A stretch of DNA of 64,000 nt, from assembly GCA_043781375.1 (NCBI GenBank), contig JAYWBP010000038.1, positions 40,001 through 104,000 on the forward strand, read 5' to 3'. Source of the stretch: Novosphingobium sp. (GTDB lineage: Bacteria > Pseudomonadota > Alphaproteobacteria > Sphingomonadales > Sphingomonadaceae). The notes beneath the pieces were generated by a model. The model had not been told where the DNA came from, did no database searches, and saw nothing but the letters and a program-made list of their open reading frames with translations. Shown piece after piece: positions 28,910 through 38,702 of the stretch. Every line of letters begins with the position of its first letter. The first letter of the stretch is position 1. The position numbers and the translations under genes are program-made.

Positions 28910-29362
28910 TCAAAGAAGAGTGAAGCGGGCGCGTGCCCGCTCGACGAAAAATTCGGGCAGGGGGCGGGAGCGTCGGGCTTCCAAGTCAAAGCACACGGTC
29001 CGCCCTGCCAGCGTGGCGCGGGGACGAGTCTCACCAAGTTGATACAGTCGAAAACTAGTGCTCAGAGAAGAGTTGCCCAGCATCGTCACTTTGCCGTCGA
29101 TGGTGACCAGCGCCCCGGACTGCAGTTCGCCTTTGTACTCGATCTCATGACGCACATCGGCCCAGCCGATGCCCTGCCATTCGGCGGCGAGGCTGTCATA
29201 GCCCAACGCGGCAAACAGATGGTAGGACGCATCATCGAACATCGCCAGATAGTGGCGCGTCGTCAGGTGGCCCATGCCGTCGCATAGCCAAGGGTGGACA
29301 ACCGCCAGCCCGCAGGCAATCGCGCCATCGGGCGCTGACTGCTCGTCTTCGACTTCAGCCAT
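28910..29362 (-). CDS. Acyl-CoA thioesterase (4HBT hotdog family)
   Basis: VHPWLCDGMGHL, EIEYKGELQSG; start reassigned to ATG 29362. Confidence 0.88.
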   Translation of the reverse strand: MAEVEDEQSAPDGAIACGLAVVHPWLCDGMGHLTTRHYLAMFDDASYHLFAALGYDSLAAEWQGIGWADVRHEIEYKGELQSGALVTIDGKVTMLGNSSLSTSFRLYQLGETRPRATLAGRTVCFDLEARRSRPLPEFFVERARARFTLL

Positions 29363-29942
29363 GCGCCCCAATCTCCCAGCCATGCGCGCGCAGATTAGTT
29401 TCGGCAAAGCCGCGCGGCGTGGCCTCCAGCGGCATCGCCAGGCTGTCGTTCCAGCGGTTGAAGAAGCCATACATCGCCACCACCGCCAGCAGCTCAACGA
29501 TCTGCGGCACGTCGAAATGGGCCTTGAGCGCCGCCATGTCGGCATCTTCCACGCCCGAAGGCGACTGGCCCGCCAGCATGGCGAAACGCAGTGCGGTGCG
29601 TTCGCGATCGTCGAACAGCGGGCTGGTTTCGTAGCCAAAAACCGCGGCAACCTTGGCATCGTCGCCGCCATGACGGGCGGCATTGCTGGCGGTATGCGCC
29701 GAGCAATAGCGGCACCCCGCTGCCATGCTGGCCATGTAGCCAACAAGATATTTGAGCTGCGGCGTAAGCGTGCCGCCGTCCATCACCGCAGTCCACAACT
29801 GCAGCGTGGCGGCCAGTATGTCGGGCCGGTAGCCGAGCGTCGCGACACTGCCTGGCAGCTCTGCGAAATCCTTGCGGAACGGCGTGACGTCCACCCCGCG
29901 TTCGGTCAGTTCGTCGATCGACAGTAACTTCAAACGTGCCAT
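29355..29942 (-). CDS. Carboxymuconolactone decarboxylase/AhpD-like protein
   Basis: GCRYCSAH CxxC motif, FDDRERTAL, GFFNRWND. Confidence 0.88.
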   Translation of the reverse strand: MARLKLLSIDELTERGVDVTPFRKDFAELPGSVATLGYRPDILAATLQLWTAVMDGGTLTPQLKYLVGYMASMAAGCRYCSAHTASNAARHGGDDAKVAAVFGYETSPLFDDRERTALRFAMLAGQSPSGVEDADMAALKAHFDVPQIVELLAVVAMYGFFNRWNDSLAMPLEATPRGFAETNLRAHGWEIGAHG

Positions 29943-29944
29943 GA

Positions 29945-30694
29945 TCAGCCCTCCCATTCCGCATTTCCGTCAACACCGATGATCTGCCCGGTCACATGGC
30001 GCGCCGCGTCTGAGGCCAGGAACCAGGCGGTTTCGCCGATCTCGTCAGGCTGGATCTTCGTGCGCATCGAAATGTAGCCCAGGGCCTCGGCCTCGACCGC
30101 TTCGGTACTGCGCCCGCTTTCCTCGGAGATGCGCGCCACGATCCCGCGCATCCGCTCAGTATCCATGAAGCCGGGGCGGATCGCGTTGACCCGGATTCCG
30201 TCGGGCCCCAGCTCACGTGCCAAATTGCGGGTCAGACCTTCCAGCGCCCATTTCGACGCGACATAGGCGCTGCGGCCAGGAATGCCGGTGACGGTCGAAG
30301 CGGTGGAGATGTTGATGATCGCGCCGCCGCGCGCCGCGCGCATCGCGGGGACAGCGGCGGCGATGGTATGGAACGCGCCGTGGACGTTGACCGCGAAGCA
30401 GCGCGCCCATTCGCCGGGATCGGTTGTCTCAATCCCGCCGACTGGCCCGGCCACTCCGGCATTGTTGACGAGAACGTCGATCCGCCCGATTTCCGCCACC
30501 AGTGCAGCAACACTCAGCGGATCGGCGACATCGGCCTTGATGGCAGTCAGACCCGGGATTGCCGCGCGAGCCCGGTCCAGCGCCGCGCTATCCACGTCGC
30601 ATACTGTAACTCTGTCGCCCCGGCCGGAGAACATCCCGGCGATGGCCAGGCCGATCCCGGCGGCGCCAGCGGTGACGAGGACCGCGCGGCTCAT
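29945..30694 (-). CDS. SDR family oxidoreductase
   Basis: TAGAAGIG, NNAG, YVASK. Confidence 0.93.
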   Translation of the reverse strand: MSRAVLVTAGAAGIGLAIAGMFSGRGDRVTVCDVDSAALDRARAAIPGLTAIKADVADPLSVAALVAEIGRIDVLVNNAGVAGPVGGIETTDPGEWARCFAVNVHGAFHTIAAAVPAMRAARGGAIINISTASTVTGIPGRSAYVASKWALEGLTRNLARELGPDGIRVNAIRPGFMDTERMRGIVARISEESGRSTEAVEAEALGYISMRTKIQPDEIGETAWFLASDAARHVTGQIIGVDGNAEWEG

Positions 30695-32454
30695 GCCATG
30701 GTCTCGCGCGCAGCGGCAGTCTCAGCGAGCGCGGGGGAACCGTCTGCCGCCAAAGTTACGCCATAGACGTTGCGCGCGCGCTCGGCGCTGAGCAGCCCGG
30801 CCAGGACATCGGCGGCGACCAGTTCCGCCGCGCGCTTGCTGGGCGGACCATAGCCGCCACCGCCACAGGATATGGCAAGGATCCGCTCCCCCTCGGCGAT
30901 GCGCACTTGGGTACAGGCCGGCAGCGCGCTGACCGAGCCGTCGCGCGCAATCAAGTACTGGTCGGCCGGACCGCCAGCGCCGCCACCGCGCACGCCAAGC
31001 GGTGGGTTCTCACGGCCATCGGACAGGTAGCCGATATCGATCGCGCCACCGATTGGTCCGAACTCAACGATGGTGGACGGCGCGCCTGTGGTGGTCCCGG
31101 CGCCTTCGGTATCGGCAAGGAACGCGCGGCGGTGGACCATGATCGGCTGGGCGAGTTCGGCCAGTTCGACGCCGTCGATGCAGCACAGCCCGGCGTTGCC
31201 GACATGGCCGATAGTCCACCAGGCATCGCTGGTTGGGCTGGCAGCGCCGCCACTCATCGCCAGGAAGATCTGGTTGACGAAGGGTTCGGCGGTGCGGGGG
31301 TCGATGCCCGAGATCACCCCGGCCGAAGGTGCGATCACCGATCCGACCTCCGCCATCCCGACCTTGTCGGACAGGCCAGCCAGCGCAGTCTGCACGCTGT
31401 TGGCCACGCGGTCGGCGATGTTGGTTGTCGCTGCCGAACAGGAGAAGGGATGGACCGGGATTCCCGCAATGCAGCCTTCGCGCAGCAGCACCTCGATCCG
31501 CCGGAACGATCCGGCATTCTTGGGCACGCGGTGATCGATGCTGTTGAACACGCCGATCATGGCCGCCGTGCGCGAGCAGGCCTCAGAAAGGTTCATCCCA
31601 CAGGGCAGGCAATCGGGATTGCCGGTCAGATCGACTGTTACCTTGCCCGCGCCAGGATCGACCTCAACGGTCGAGACGATCTTCAACCCTGCTGCCGGGA
31701 GGCCCGGAAAGGCATCGTGAGTGCTGGTGCCGGTGACCGTTCCGGCAGGCAGCGCGCCAATAGCCTCGCTCGCGACGGCTTCGGAATAATCGAACCATTG
31801 CTCCGCAAAGGCATCGAGCCGATCCCAGCCCACTTCGGCGGCAAGCTGGGTCAGCGCACGCTCGCCGATCCGGGCCGCGCCGATGGTGGAGAGGTAGTCA
31901 CCGTGCCACTGATGCGGCACGCGGATCCGCATCAGGCACATGCGGACGATATCGTCGATGTCCTGCCACTCGCGCTGGACCTGCACCGCGGGAAAGATCA
32001 GTGCGCCTTCGTGATACACGTCGCGTGCCTCGGCCATGTAAGTGGTCGGCTGCGAATTGCCGATATCGGCTTGGTGCGCCTTGGCCAGCACGGTGAAGCG
32101 GTGTCGGCCTTCATCGTCCATCACCGGCACAATCACGCTAAGATCGGCGGCGTGCGAACAGCCATGGTAGGGGGAATTGTGGAGGAAGGCATCCCCGGCG
32201 CGCAACTGCGGATGGAACTGCATCATCGAACGGGCCATCAGATCGGGACCTGACAGGACGTGGATTGGCAGGCTGTCGGCCGCGGTTAGCAGATCGCCGG
32301 TCCGGGTCAGCAGACAGCACGAAAAATCTCGCGCCCGATTGAGGACGCCCGAGCGACCGGTGCGCAGCAAGGTGTTGCTCATCTTGCGGACGACACCATC
32401 GAGTCGGCTGTTGAGCACGGCCATCTCGGCGCCGTTGCGGGGAGCTTCGGTCAT
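30691..32454 (-). CDS. Hydantoinase B/oxoprolinase family subunit
   Basis: ARDFSC, GDAFLHNSPYHGCSH, AHQADIG, GGGGYGPP; start 32454 (ATGA overlap). Confidence 0.92.
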   Translation of the reverse strand: MTEAPRNGAEMAVLNSRLDGVVRKMSNTLLRTGRSGVLNRARDFSCCLLTRTGDLLTAADSLPIHVLSGPDLMARSMMQFHPQLRAGDAFLHNSPYHGCSHAADLSVIVPVMDDEGRHRFTVLAKAHQADIGNSQPTTYMAEARDVYHEGALIFPAVQVQREWQDIDDIVRMCLMRIRVPHQWHGDYLSTIGAARIGERALTQLAAEVGWDRLDAFAEQWFDYSEAVASEAIGALPAGTVTGTSTHDAFPGLPAAGLKIVSTVEVDPGAGKVTVDLTGNPDCLPCGMNLSEACSRTAAMIGVFNSIDHRVPKNAGSFRRIEVLLREGCIAGIPVHPFSCSAATTNIADRVANSVQTALAGLSDKVGMAEVGSVIAPSAGVISGIDPRTAEPFVNQIFLAMSGGAASPTSDAWWTIGHVGNAGLCCIDGVELAELAQPIMVHRRAFLADTEGAGTTTGAPSTIVEFGPIGGAIDIGYLSDGRENPPLGVRGGGAGGPADQYLIARDGSVSALPACTQVRIAEGERILAISCGGGGYGPPSKRAAELVAADVLAGLLSAERARNVYGVTLAADGSPALAETAAARETMA

Positions 32455-34511
32455 GGTCGAACCTCGATCAAAAGAGTGCCTCCGTCGGTCCGCCGCATCC
32501 GCGAACCCGGATCGACGACGACGGTAGTGAAGGCCGATTCCACGATCGCCGGGCCTTGCCGATCGGCCCCCTTGGGAATCGCTTCCCATTGCAGCACGGG
32601 AGTTTCGACCCAGCCGCTGCCGGCAAAAAACACTCGGCGTGGCGCTGGATCGGAGCGTTCACCCGCAGCTTCGGCTAGACGGAAACCGGTGTCGGGCCTG
32701 GCGCGGCAGCGAACCCGGGCGCGCAACCCAATCAGTTCCACCAGCGAAGTCTCGTCGCGCACCGCGAACAGCTGCTGGTGGACATCGTCGAAGGTCCGGC
32801 GGAACGCGGCGACTTCGTCGTCGGTGGAGAACCCGGACGAGGCCAGCGGCACGTCGATATCCCAAGCCTGCCCGACATAGCGCGCCTCGGCGACGAATTC
32901 GACAATTCCGGCCAGCCCGGCACGGGCGGCGAAACGCTCAGCCTTGGCCTCAAGCCCCGCCAGCGCGACGTTGACGCGGGCGGTATCGAAAGCACCTGTG
33001 GACGTATGCACGGTCACCGCGAATTCGCTGGTGATGTCAGACAGTAATGCTCCGGCGGCGCTCATCGCCGCGCCAGTCTCGGGTATCAGCAACTGCCGAC
33101 AGCCGAGCCGCCGGGCGACGAATACCGAATTCAGCCCGGCCCCGCCACCACCGCCGATCAGCAACGCCTGAGAAGGGTCGATGCCCTGGTTCAGGGTCTG
33201 CTCCTCGATCGCCTGGACCATGTTCTCGGTCGCCAGGTCGAGTATCGCCCAAGCCGCTTCCTCGAGCGAGATTTCCAGCGGTCCGGCGATGTCATCGAAG
33301 ATCGCCCGGCGGGCCAGCCCAGCGTCCAGCGGCATAGCCCCGCCCAAGAAATAGGCCGGGTCTATATAGCCCAGCACAACCGCCGCATCAGTCACCGTCG
33401 GGCGGTTGCCGCCGCGGCCATAGCAGGCAGGCCCCGGGGTCGATCCGGCGCTATCGGGACCGACATGGAGCAGTCCGGCCTTATCGACCACAGCAATGCT
33501 GCCTCCGCCCGCGCCGACGCTCTTGACGTCGACCGAAGGATATCCTGCCAGGTGCCCGCGATAGGGCTCGCCGATCCACAGGTCGCGGGTCATCGGAATG
33601 CGGCCCTGCGAAACCAGGCTGATGTCATAGGTGGTGCCGCCGGTGTCGGCGATGATCGCGGTGTCCCAGCCGCCCTCCCGGTTGGCATAGTACCGCCCCG
33701 CGACCGGCGCCATGGATGGCCCCGAATTGATCACCCTGATCGGCGAAGCGGCAAGCTCGGCGGCATCGACCATGCCGCCAGCGCTGGTCAGGACCATGAC
33801 CTTGCCAGCATAGCCGGTATCGGCCAACCGCTGCGCCAGCCCATCGAGATAGCGCGTCATCAACGGCTTGAGTGAAGCATCGATCGCGGTGGAAGACGCG
33901 CGGCGGAATTCGCGCAGGGTGGGGTTGACCTGATGCGACAGGCTATAGGGAGTGCCCGGCAACTGCTGCGCGATCAATTCACCAATCCGCAGCTCGTGGC
34001 AAGGATCGAGCGTGGCCCATAGCAGGGTCACAGCCACCGCCTCAACACCCGCCGCACAAGCGGCCTGGAGCGCGGCGATGACCGCATCTTCGTCGAGCGG
34101 GATAGCGATACTGCCGTCCGAGCGAATGCGTTCGGGCACTTCGTAGGTCAGGCGGCGAGGGATATATGGCTTGGGGTAGGGGACGGTGTGGTTGAACGGC
34201 TCGCTGCGCCCGCCCTCGCGGAATAGCAGGATGTCGCGGTGGCCCGCCGAGACGATCAGAGCGGTGGGCGCGGTGCGTCCGGTAATGATCGCGTTGATCG
34301 CATGGGTGGTGCCATGGACGAAGCTGGTTGCGCGGCCCAGCAGTGTTCGCACGTCGATTCCGCGTGCATCGGCCGCTACGCGCAATGCATCGAGCACACC
34401 CGCGACCGGATCGGCCGGCACGGTCGGTGCCTTGTGCAAAGTGATCGAGCCGTCGTCCTCCTCAACGATCAGGTCGGTGAAGGTACCGCCGGTGTCGGTT
34501 GCCAAGCGCAT
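32451..34511 (-). CDS. Hydantoinase A/oxoprolinase family subunit
   Basis: DTGGTFTD, HGTT, DTGGTTYD, GAGGGSIA, GPACYGRGG; start ATG 34511. Confidence 0.93.
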   Translation of the reverse strand: MRLATDTGGTFTDLIVEEDDGSITLHKAPTVPADPVAGVLDALRVAADARGIDVRTLLGRATSFVHGTTHAINAIITGRTAPTALIVSAGHRDILLFREGGRSEPFNHTVPYPKPYIPRRLTYEVPERIRSDGSIAIPLDEDAVIAALQAACAAGVEAVAVTLLWATLDPCHELRIGELIAQQLPGTPYSLSHQVNPTLREFRRASSTAIDASLKPLMTRYLDGLAQRLADTGYAGKVMVLTSAGGMVDAAELAASPIRVINSGPSMAPVAGRYYANREGGWDTAIIADTGGTTYDISLVSQGRIPMTRDLWIGEPYRGHLAGYPSVDVKSVGAGGGSIAVVDKAGLLHVGPDSAGSTPGPACYGRGGNRPTVTDAAVVLGYIDPAYFLGGAMPLDAGLARRAIFDDIAGPLEISLEEAAWAILDLATENMVQAIEEQTLNQGIDPSQALLIGGGGGAGLNSVFVARRLGCRQLLIPETGAAMSAAGALLSDITSEFAVTVHTSTGAFDTARVNVALAGLEAKAERFAARAGLAGIVEFVAEARYVGQAWDIDVPLASSGFSTDDEVAAFRRTFDDVHQQLFAVRDETSLVELIGLRARVRCRARPDTGFRLAEAAGERSDPAPRRVFFAGSGWVETPVLQWEAIPKGADRQGPAIVESAFTTVVVDPGSRMRRTDGGTLLIEVRP

Positions 34512-34513
34512 CG

Positions 34514-35446
34514 TCAGAAGCCCACCGCATCGCCACCCTTGAGACCCAGCATTTCCCGCGCCTCTGCCGGGGAGGCGACTTCGATGTCGAGCGCATCGAG
34601 GATGCCGCGCAATTTGATCACCTGCTGGGCGTTGCTCTGGGCAAGTTCGCCCTTGGAAATGTATAGGCTGTCCTCCAGTCCGCACCGCACGCTGCCGCCG
34701 ATCAGCGCGCATTGCGCCAGAAACTTCATCTGGGGGCGCCCGACGGCAAAGCAGGAGAGCAGGTAATCCTCGCCGAACAGGCGATCTGCGGTCTGCTTGA
34801 AGACCATGAAGTTTTCCAGGTCCGCGCCCATTCCACCCAGGATCCCGAAGATGCCCTGGATCAGGAAGGGCGGCTGGATCAGCCCGGCATCGGCGAAATG
34901 CTTGACCGTGTAGAGGTGGCCCAGATCATAGCATTCATATTCGAAGCGTGTGCCGTGGCCCTGGCCCAGCTCAACCATAATCCGCTCGATCAGCGCAAAA
35001 TTGTGGTTGGCTGGGAATTGCCTGGACCCCACCATCAGCTCGCGCTCCCAGGCGTGCTTCCATTCGAACTTGTCGGCTAGGCCGAAGAAGCCGAAATTCA
35101 TCGATCCCATGTTGAGCGAGGTCATTTCGGGCTTGGCGCGCAGGGGGCCGGCCATGCGGTCGTCCTCGCTGAACCCGGGGGCGCCGCCCGTGGTGATGTT
35201 GATTATCGCGTCAACCGATTGTTTGATGTGCGGCAGGAACTGCATGTACAATTCCGGATCGGGCGAGGGTTTGCCGTCGGCCGGATCTCGCGCGTGGAGG
35301 TGGAGGATCGCTGCCCCCGCCTCAGCCGCGGCGATGGCCTGCTCGGCGATCTGCGCAGGAGTGATCGGGAGGTAGGGCGACATCGAGGGGGTGTGGATCG
35401 ATCCGGTCACCGCACAGGTGATGATCGCCTTGCTGGTCTTGCGCAT
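34514..35446 (-). CDS. Beta-keto acid cleavage enzyme (BKACE/DUF849)
   Basis: IITCAVTGSIHTPSMSPYLP, ILHLHARD, SLNMGSMNFG, VRCGLED; start ATG 35446 with AGGAGA RBS. Confidence 0.93.
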   Translation of the reverse strand: MRKTSKAIITCAVTGSIHTPSMSPYLPITPAQIAEQAIAAAEAGAAILHLHARDPADGKPSPDPELYMQFLPHIKQSVDAIINITTGGAPGFSEDDRMAGPLRAKPEMTSLNMGSMNFGFFGLADKFEWKHAWERELMVGSRQFPANHNFALIERIMVELGQGHGTRFEYECYDLGHLYTVKHFADAGLIQPPFLIQGIFGILGGMGADLENFMVFKQTADRLFGEDYLLSCFAVGRPQMKFLAQCALIGGSVRCGLEDSLYISKGELAQSNAQQVIKLRGILDALDIEVASPAEAREMLGLKGGDAVGF

Positions 35447-35454
35447 GGGTTCTC

Positions 35455-36783
35455 CTAGGATTGCGGGGCGAGCACTGCCTGGGCAGTGCGGGCAAAGGGT
35501 GCACGGCTGACCAGGGCGAGGGCGATGCCCAGGACCGCAACCGTCGGCATGATCAGCGTCAACGCGGCGCGCAAGCCCTCGGCCCCGCCGATGCTGTCGC
35601 TGGCCAGGCCAATTAGCGCCGGTCCAAGGCCGACGCCCACGAAGGTTGTGACCGCCAGAAACATCGAGGTGATCACCCCGCGCAGCCGCTCGGAAGTCAG
35701 CATCTGGACCCCGGCGAGCGAGGCCGGGGCCGACATCGTGCCGAAGAAATTGAGCAGGCCATAGCCCGTAAGCGCGACCGGGAGGCTGCGCGCCTGGGTG
35801 AACAGCAGCGCGGCGGGAATCACGCAAACCAGGCCGAGCGCGATCACTGGCGCCGCCGGAGCGCGGGTGCCGCGCTTTTGGAACAGGTCGGTCAGCAAAC
35901 CTCCGGCAAGATGGCCGAGCGGCGCGGCAAAGAGGATGATCGTGCCCACCGTCACCCCCGATTGCGCCGGGGTCATCGCATAATAGCGCACAAAGAACGA
36001 GACCGCCCACGCCGCCAGACCCTGGATTTCCAGCACCACCAGCGCCGCGGCGGCAGTGTGCAGGCCATAGGCGAGGCGATTGGCGCGGAGGGTTGCCAGG
36101 GCCGTGGCCAAGTTCGGGCGCGCGACGGTCGAAGCGGCACGTTCCGGCTCGCGGACCGTCAGCAGCAGCGCTGCCAGCACCAGCCCGGGCAGCGCCATGA
36201 TGATAAAAGTGCCCTGCCACGGCTTGAACGTATGAGCGCCGAGATGCAGGCCGCCACTCGCGACCAGCAGGGCGAGAACGGTCCCGCCGCCGATCAACGC
36301 GGCGCTTTTGCCCAGCGACGCCCCGGCGGTGAACAGCGATACCGCGCGCCCCAGCTGGCGCCGTGGGAACAGGCTGGCGAGCAGCGACATCGCCGAAGGC
36401 ACCAGCGCCGCCTCGCCGAAGCCCACCCCGATCCGCGCCAGAAACAGGCTGCCGAAGCTGGTCGCCAATCCGCATGCGGCGGTGGCTATGCTCCACAGCA
36501 AGATACCGGCGATGATCAAATTGCGGCGGTTGACCCTGTCGGCCATCAGCCCCAGCGGGATCGCCACCGCCGTATAGAGAATGACGAAGCCGGTGCCCTG
36601 CAGCAACCCGAGCTGCGCGTCGCTGACGCCCAAATCGGCCTTGAGCGGCTCCATCACCAGGCTCATCACGAAACGGTCGACGAAAGAAACCAGATGCCCG
36701 GTCGCCAGCAGGGCTGCCACATACCACGCATAGACTCCGGCCGATGACGGCCGGGACATGACGTGGGACGCGGCGCTGGCCAT
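35455..36783 (-). CDS. MFS transporter (spinster-like)
   Basis: SFVDR, GLMADRVNRRN, RIGVGFGEA; start ATG 36783. Confidence 0.92.
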   Translation of the reverse strand: MASAASHVMSRPSSAGVYAWYVAALLATGHLVSFVDRFVMSLVMEPLKADLGVSDAQLGLLQGTGFVILYTAVAIPLGLMADRVNRRNLIIAGILLWSIATAACGLATSFGSLFLARIGVGFGEAALVPSAMSLLASLFPRRQLGRAVSLFTAGASLGKSAALIGGGTVLALLVASGGLHLGAHTFKPWQGTFIIMALPGLVLAALLLTVREPERAASTVARPNLATALATLRANRLAYGLHTAAAALVVLEIQGLAAWAVSFFVRYYAMTPAQSGVTVGTIILFAAPLGHLAGGLLTDLFQKRGTRAPAAPVIALGLVCVIPAALLFTQARSLPVALTGYGLLNFFGTMSAPASLAGVQMLTSERLRGVITSMFLAVTTFVGVGLGPALIGLASDSIGGAEGLRAALTLIMPTVAVLGIALALVSRAPFARTAQAVLAPQS

Positions 36784-37550
36784 CAGCCGATTACCGCCGA
36801 TATGCCTTCGTCGGCGAGCCACACGGCACCATGCACGGGGCGCGCCTCGTCCGAGAGCAGGAACAATACGATTCGAGCAATGTCCTCGGCGGCACTGAAG
36901 GCGTTGCCGCTGGGGGTCAGGCCGAGCATGTAATCGGCCATCTTCGGGTCGGCGCGGACCGCAGCGTTCATCGGGGTAGCGGTATTGCCAGGGGCGACGG
37001 CGTTGATCGCGATGCCCTGCGGAGCAAGCTCGGCAGCCAGGGTGCGGGTCATCATTACCACGGCTGCCTTGCTTGCGCTGTAGAGGGCAAAGCCCTTGAC
37101 CCCGGTCAGTCCAACGACCGAGGCAAGGTTGACGATGCGCCCCCCGCCGCGCCGCTGCATTGCCGGAACCGTCGCGGAAATGGCGTTCCACAGCCCGCTG
37201 ACATTGATGTCGATCAGCCGCGCGGAATCCTCCACCGAGGTCTCCCCCACCGGTGAGGGGTAGAAGACGCCTGCCGCGTTAACCAGCAGGTCGATCCCGC
37301 CGAAGTGCTGCTCGATCCGAGCGACCGCGGCCGCGATCGCGGCGGCGTCGCGCACGTCGGCGGCCAGGCCTAGCGCCTCGCCGCCGCTTGCGACGATCCT
37401 CTGCGCCACCGCTTCAGCTTTGGCCGCAGAGCTGCTGGCCAGCACTGCGACCCGCGCGCCGCCCGCGCCCAGTGCCTCGGCCACGGCCTGGCCGATGCCT
37501 GAGCTGCCGCCGGTGACGAGTGCGACCTTGCCTGCGAACCCGCCGTTCAT
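36783..37550 (-). CDS. SDR family oxidoreductase
   Basis: TGGSSGIG, NAAG, YSASK; start ATG 37550. Confidence 0.93.
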   Translation of the reverse strand: MNGGFAGKVALVTGGSSGIGQAVAEALGAGGARVAVLASSSAAKAEAVAQRIVASGGEALGLAADVRDAAAIAAAVARIEQHFGGIDLLVNAAGVFYPSPVGETSVEDSARLIDINVSGLWNAISATVPAMQRRGGGRIVNLASVVGLTGVKGFALYSASKAAVVMMTRTLAAELAPQGIAINAVAPGNTATPMNAAVRADPKMADYMLGLTPSGNAFSAAEDIARIVLFLLSDEARPVHGAVWLADEGISAVIG

Positions 37551-38698
37551 ACGTAAGCTGCCGCGACAAGGGCCAAGCAGCGTTCGCCAAGTCCCGCGCC
37601 CCCGCACATCAACGAGGGGCTGTAGGAGAAGGCAATTTCATTCTCCGGGTCCGCAAAGCCCAGCGCACCGCCGGCCCCCGGGTGGCCGAAGGCACGTGGG
37701 TTGCTTCCCATTGGCGACATCAGCGGTTCGCTGAGGAAAAAGCCATGGCCGTAGCGAAACGTGCGGTCGGTCATCGCGCAGCGGCCGAACCAGCTTTCCT
37801 TGCGCATCAGTTCGATAGTTTCGGGCGAGACCACGCTCACCCCGTCGAGCGAACCGCCGCCCGCCAGCACTGCGAAAATCCGCGCCACGGCGCGCGCGTT
37901 GCCATGGCCGTTGGTGGAGGGCATCAGCCCGCTGCGCAGCCGGGCATCGTTGTAGTGATCGGGCGAGTCCGGGCGCATTCGCCAGGCTCGGCCCAGCTTG
38001 GTCGAGCGGTCCCGGGTCTGGACAAAGGTGTGGCTTTCCGGATTGGGCACGATGTCGGCGATGAGGGCCGGATCCGCCCAGTCGGCACCATAGCCGTAGG
38101 ACACGCCGAGCGGGCCGGTGATCTCTTCGCGCAGGAACTGATCGATCGCGCGCCCATCGACCCGGCGGACAAGCTCACCCAGCAGATAGCCGGCAGTCGC
38201 CGAATGGTAGCCATGGTCGGTGCCGGGCTCCCATTCCGGGCACTGGCGCTCCAGCGCCTCAATCATCACCTCCCAGTCGAAGCCAGCGCCGTCGGGTGCG
38301 TGATCGGCGTAGAGCAGCCCGGCTTTGCCAGCGAGCAGCGTGGCAACGGTAATCCCAGCCTTGCCCGCCTGGGCAAAGCCCGGCCAATAGCGTGCGACCG
38401 GTGCATCCAGCGCGATCTGTCCGCGTCCGATCAGCATCCATACGCACAGCGCGGCGATGCCCTTGCCGACCGACATCATGCACACGATCGTATCGCGCTG
38501 CCACGGGCGGCTACGCGTGGCATCGGCCCAGCCGCCCCACAAATCGACCACCGGCTGGCCGTGGCGATAAATGCAGACCGCCGCGCCAAGTTCGTCGCGC
38601 TCAGCGAAATTCTCGGTGAAAACCTTTTCCACCTGGGCGAAGTCCGGATCGCAGAACCCGCCGATGTTCGCGACCGCTTCCTCCTGCCTGTTCGCCAT
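37547..38698 (-). CDS. Serine hydrolase, beta-lactamase-fold esterase/amidase
   Basis: VVDLWGG, MSVGK (SxxK), WEPGTDHGYH, FGHPGAGG. Confidence 0.9.
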   Translation of the reverse strand: MANRQEEAVANIGGFCDPDFAQVEKVFTENFAERDELGAAVCIYRHGQPVVDLWGGWADATRSRPWQRDTIVCMMSVGKGIAALCVWMLIGRGQIALDAPVARYWPGFAQAGKAGITVATLLAGKAGLLYADHAPDGAGFDWEVMIEALERQCPEWEPGTDHGYHSATAGYLLGELVRRVDGRAIDQFLREEITGPLGVSYGYGADWADPALIADIVPNPESHTFVQTRDRSTKLGRAWRMRPDSPDHYNDARLRSGLMPSTNGHGNARAVARIFAVLAGGGSLDGVSVVSPETIELMRKESWFGRCAMTDRTFRYGHGFFLSEPLMSPMGSNPRAFGHPGAGGALGFADPENEIAFSYSPSLMCGGAGLGERCLALVAAAYV

Positions 38699-38702
38699 CA
38701 CC

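Noticed and set aside
34514-36727. Apparent long N-terminal extensions or fusions on BKACE, MFS, hydantoinase, thioesterase and MetC ORFs
   Set aside because: Open upstream frames overlapping neighbouring genes; the real starts are downstream with RBS or stop/start coupling
37547-38698. Beta-lactam resistance gene
   Set aside because: No signal peptide, esterase-type motifs (VVDLWGG, WEPG) and a catabolic operon context
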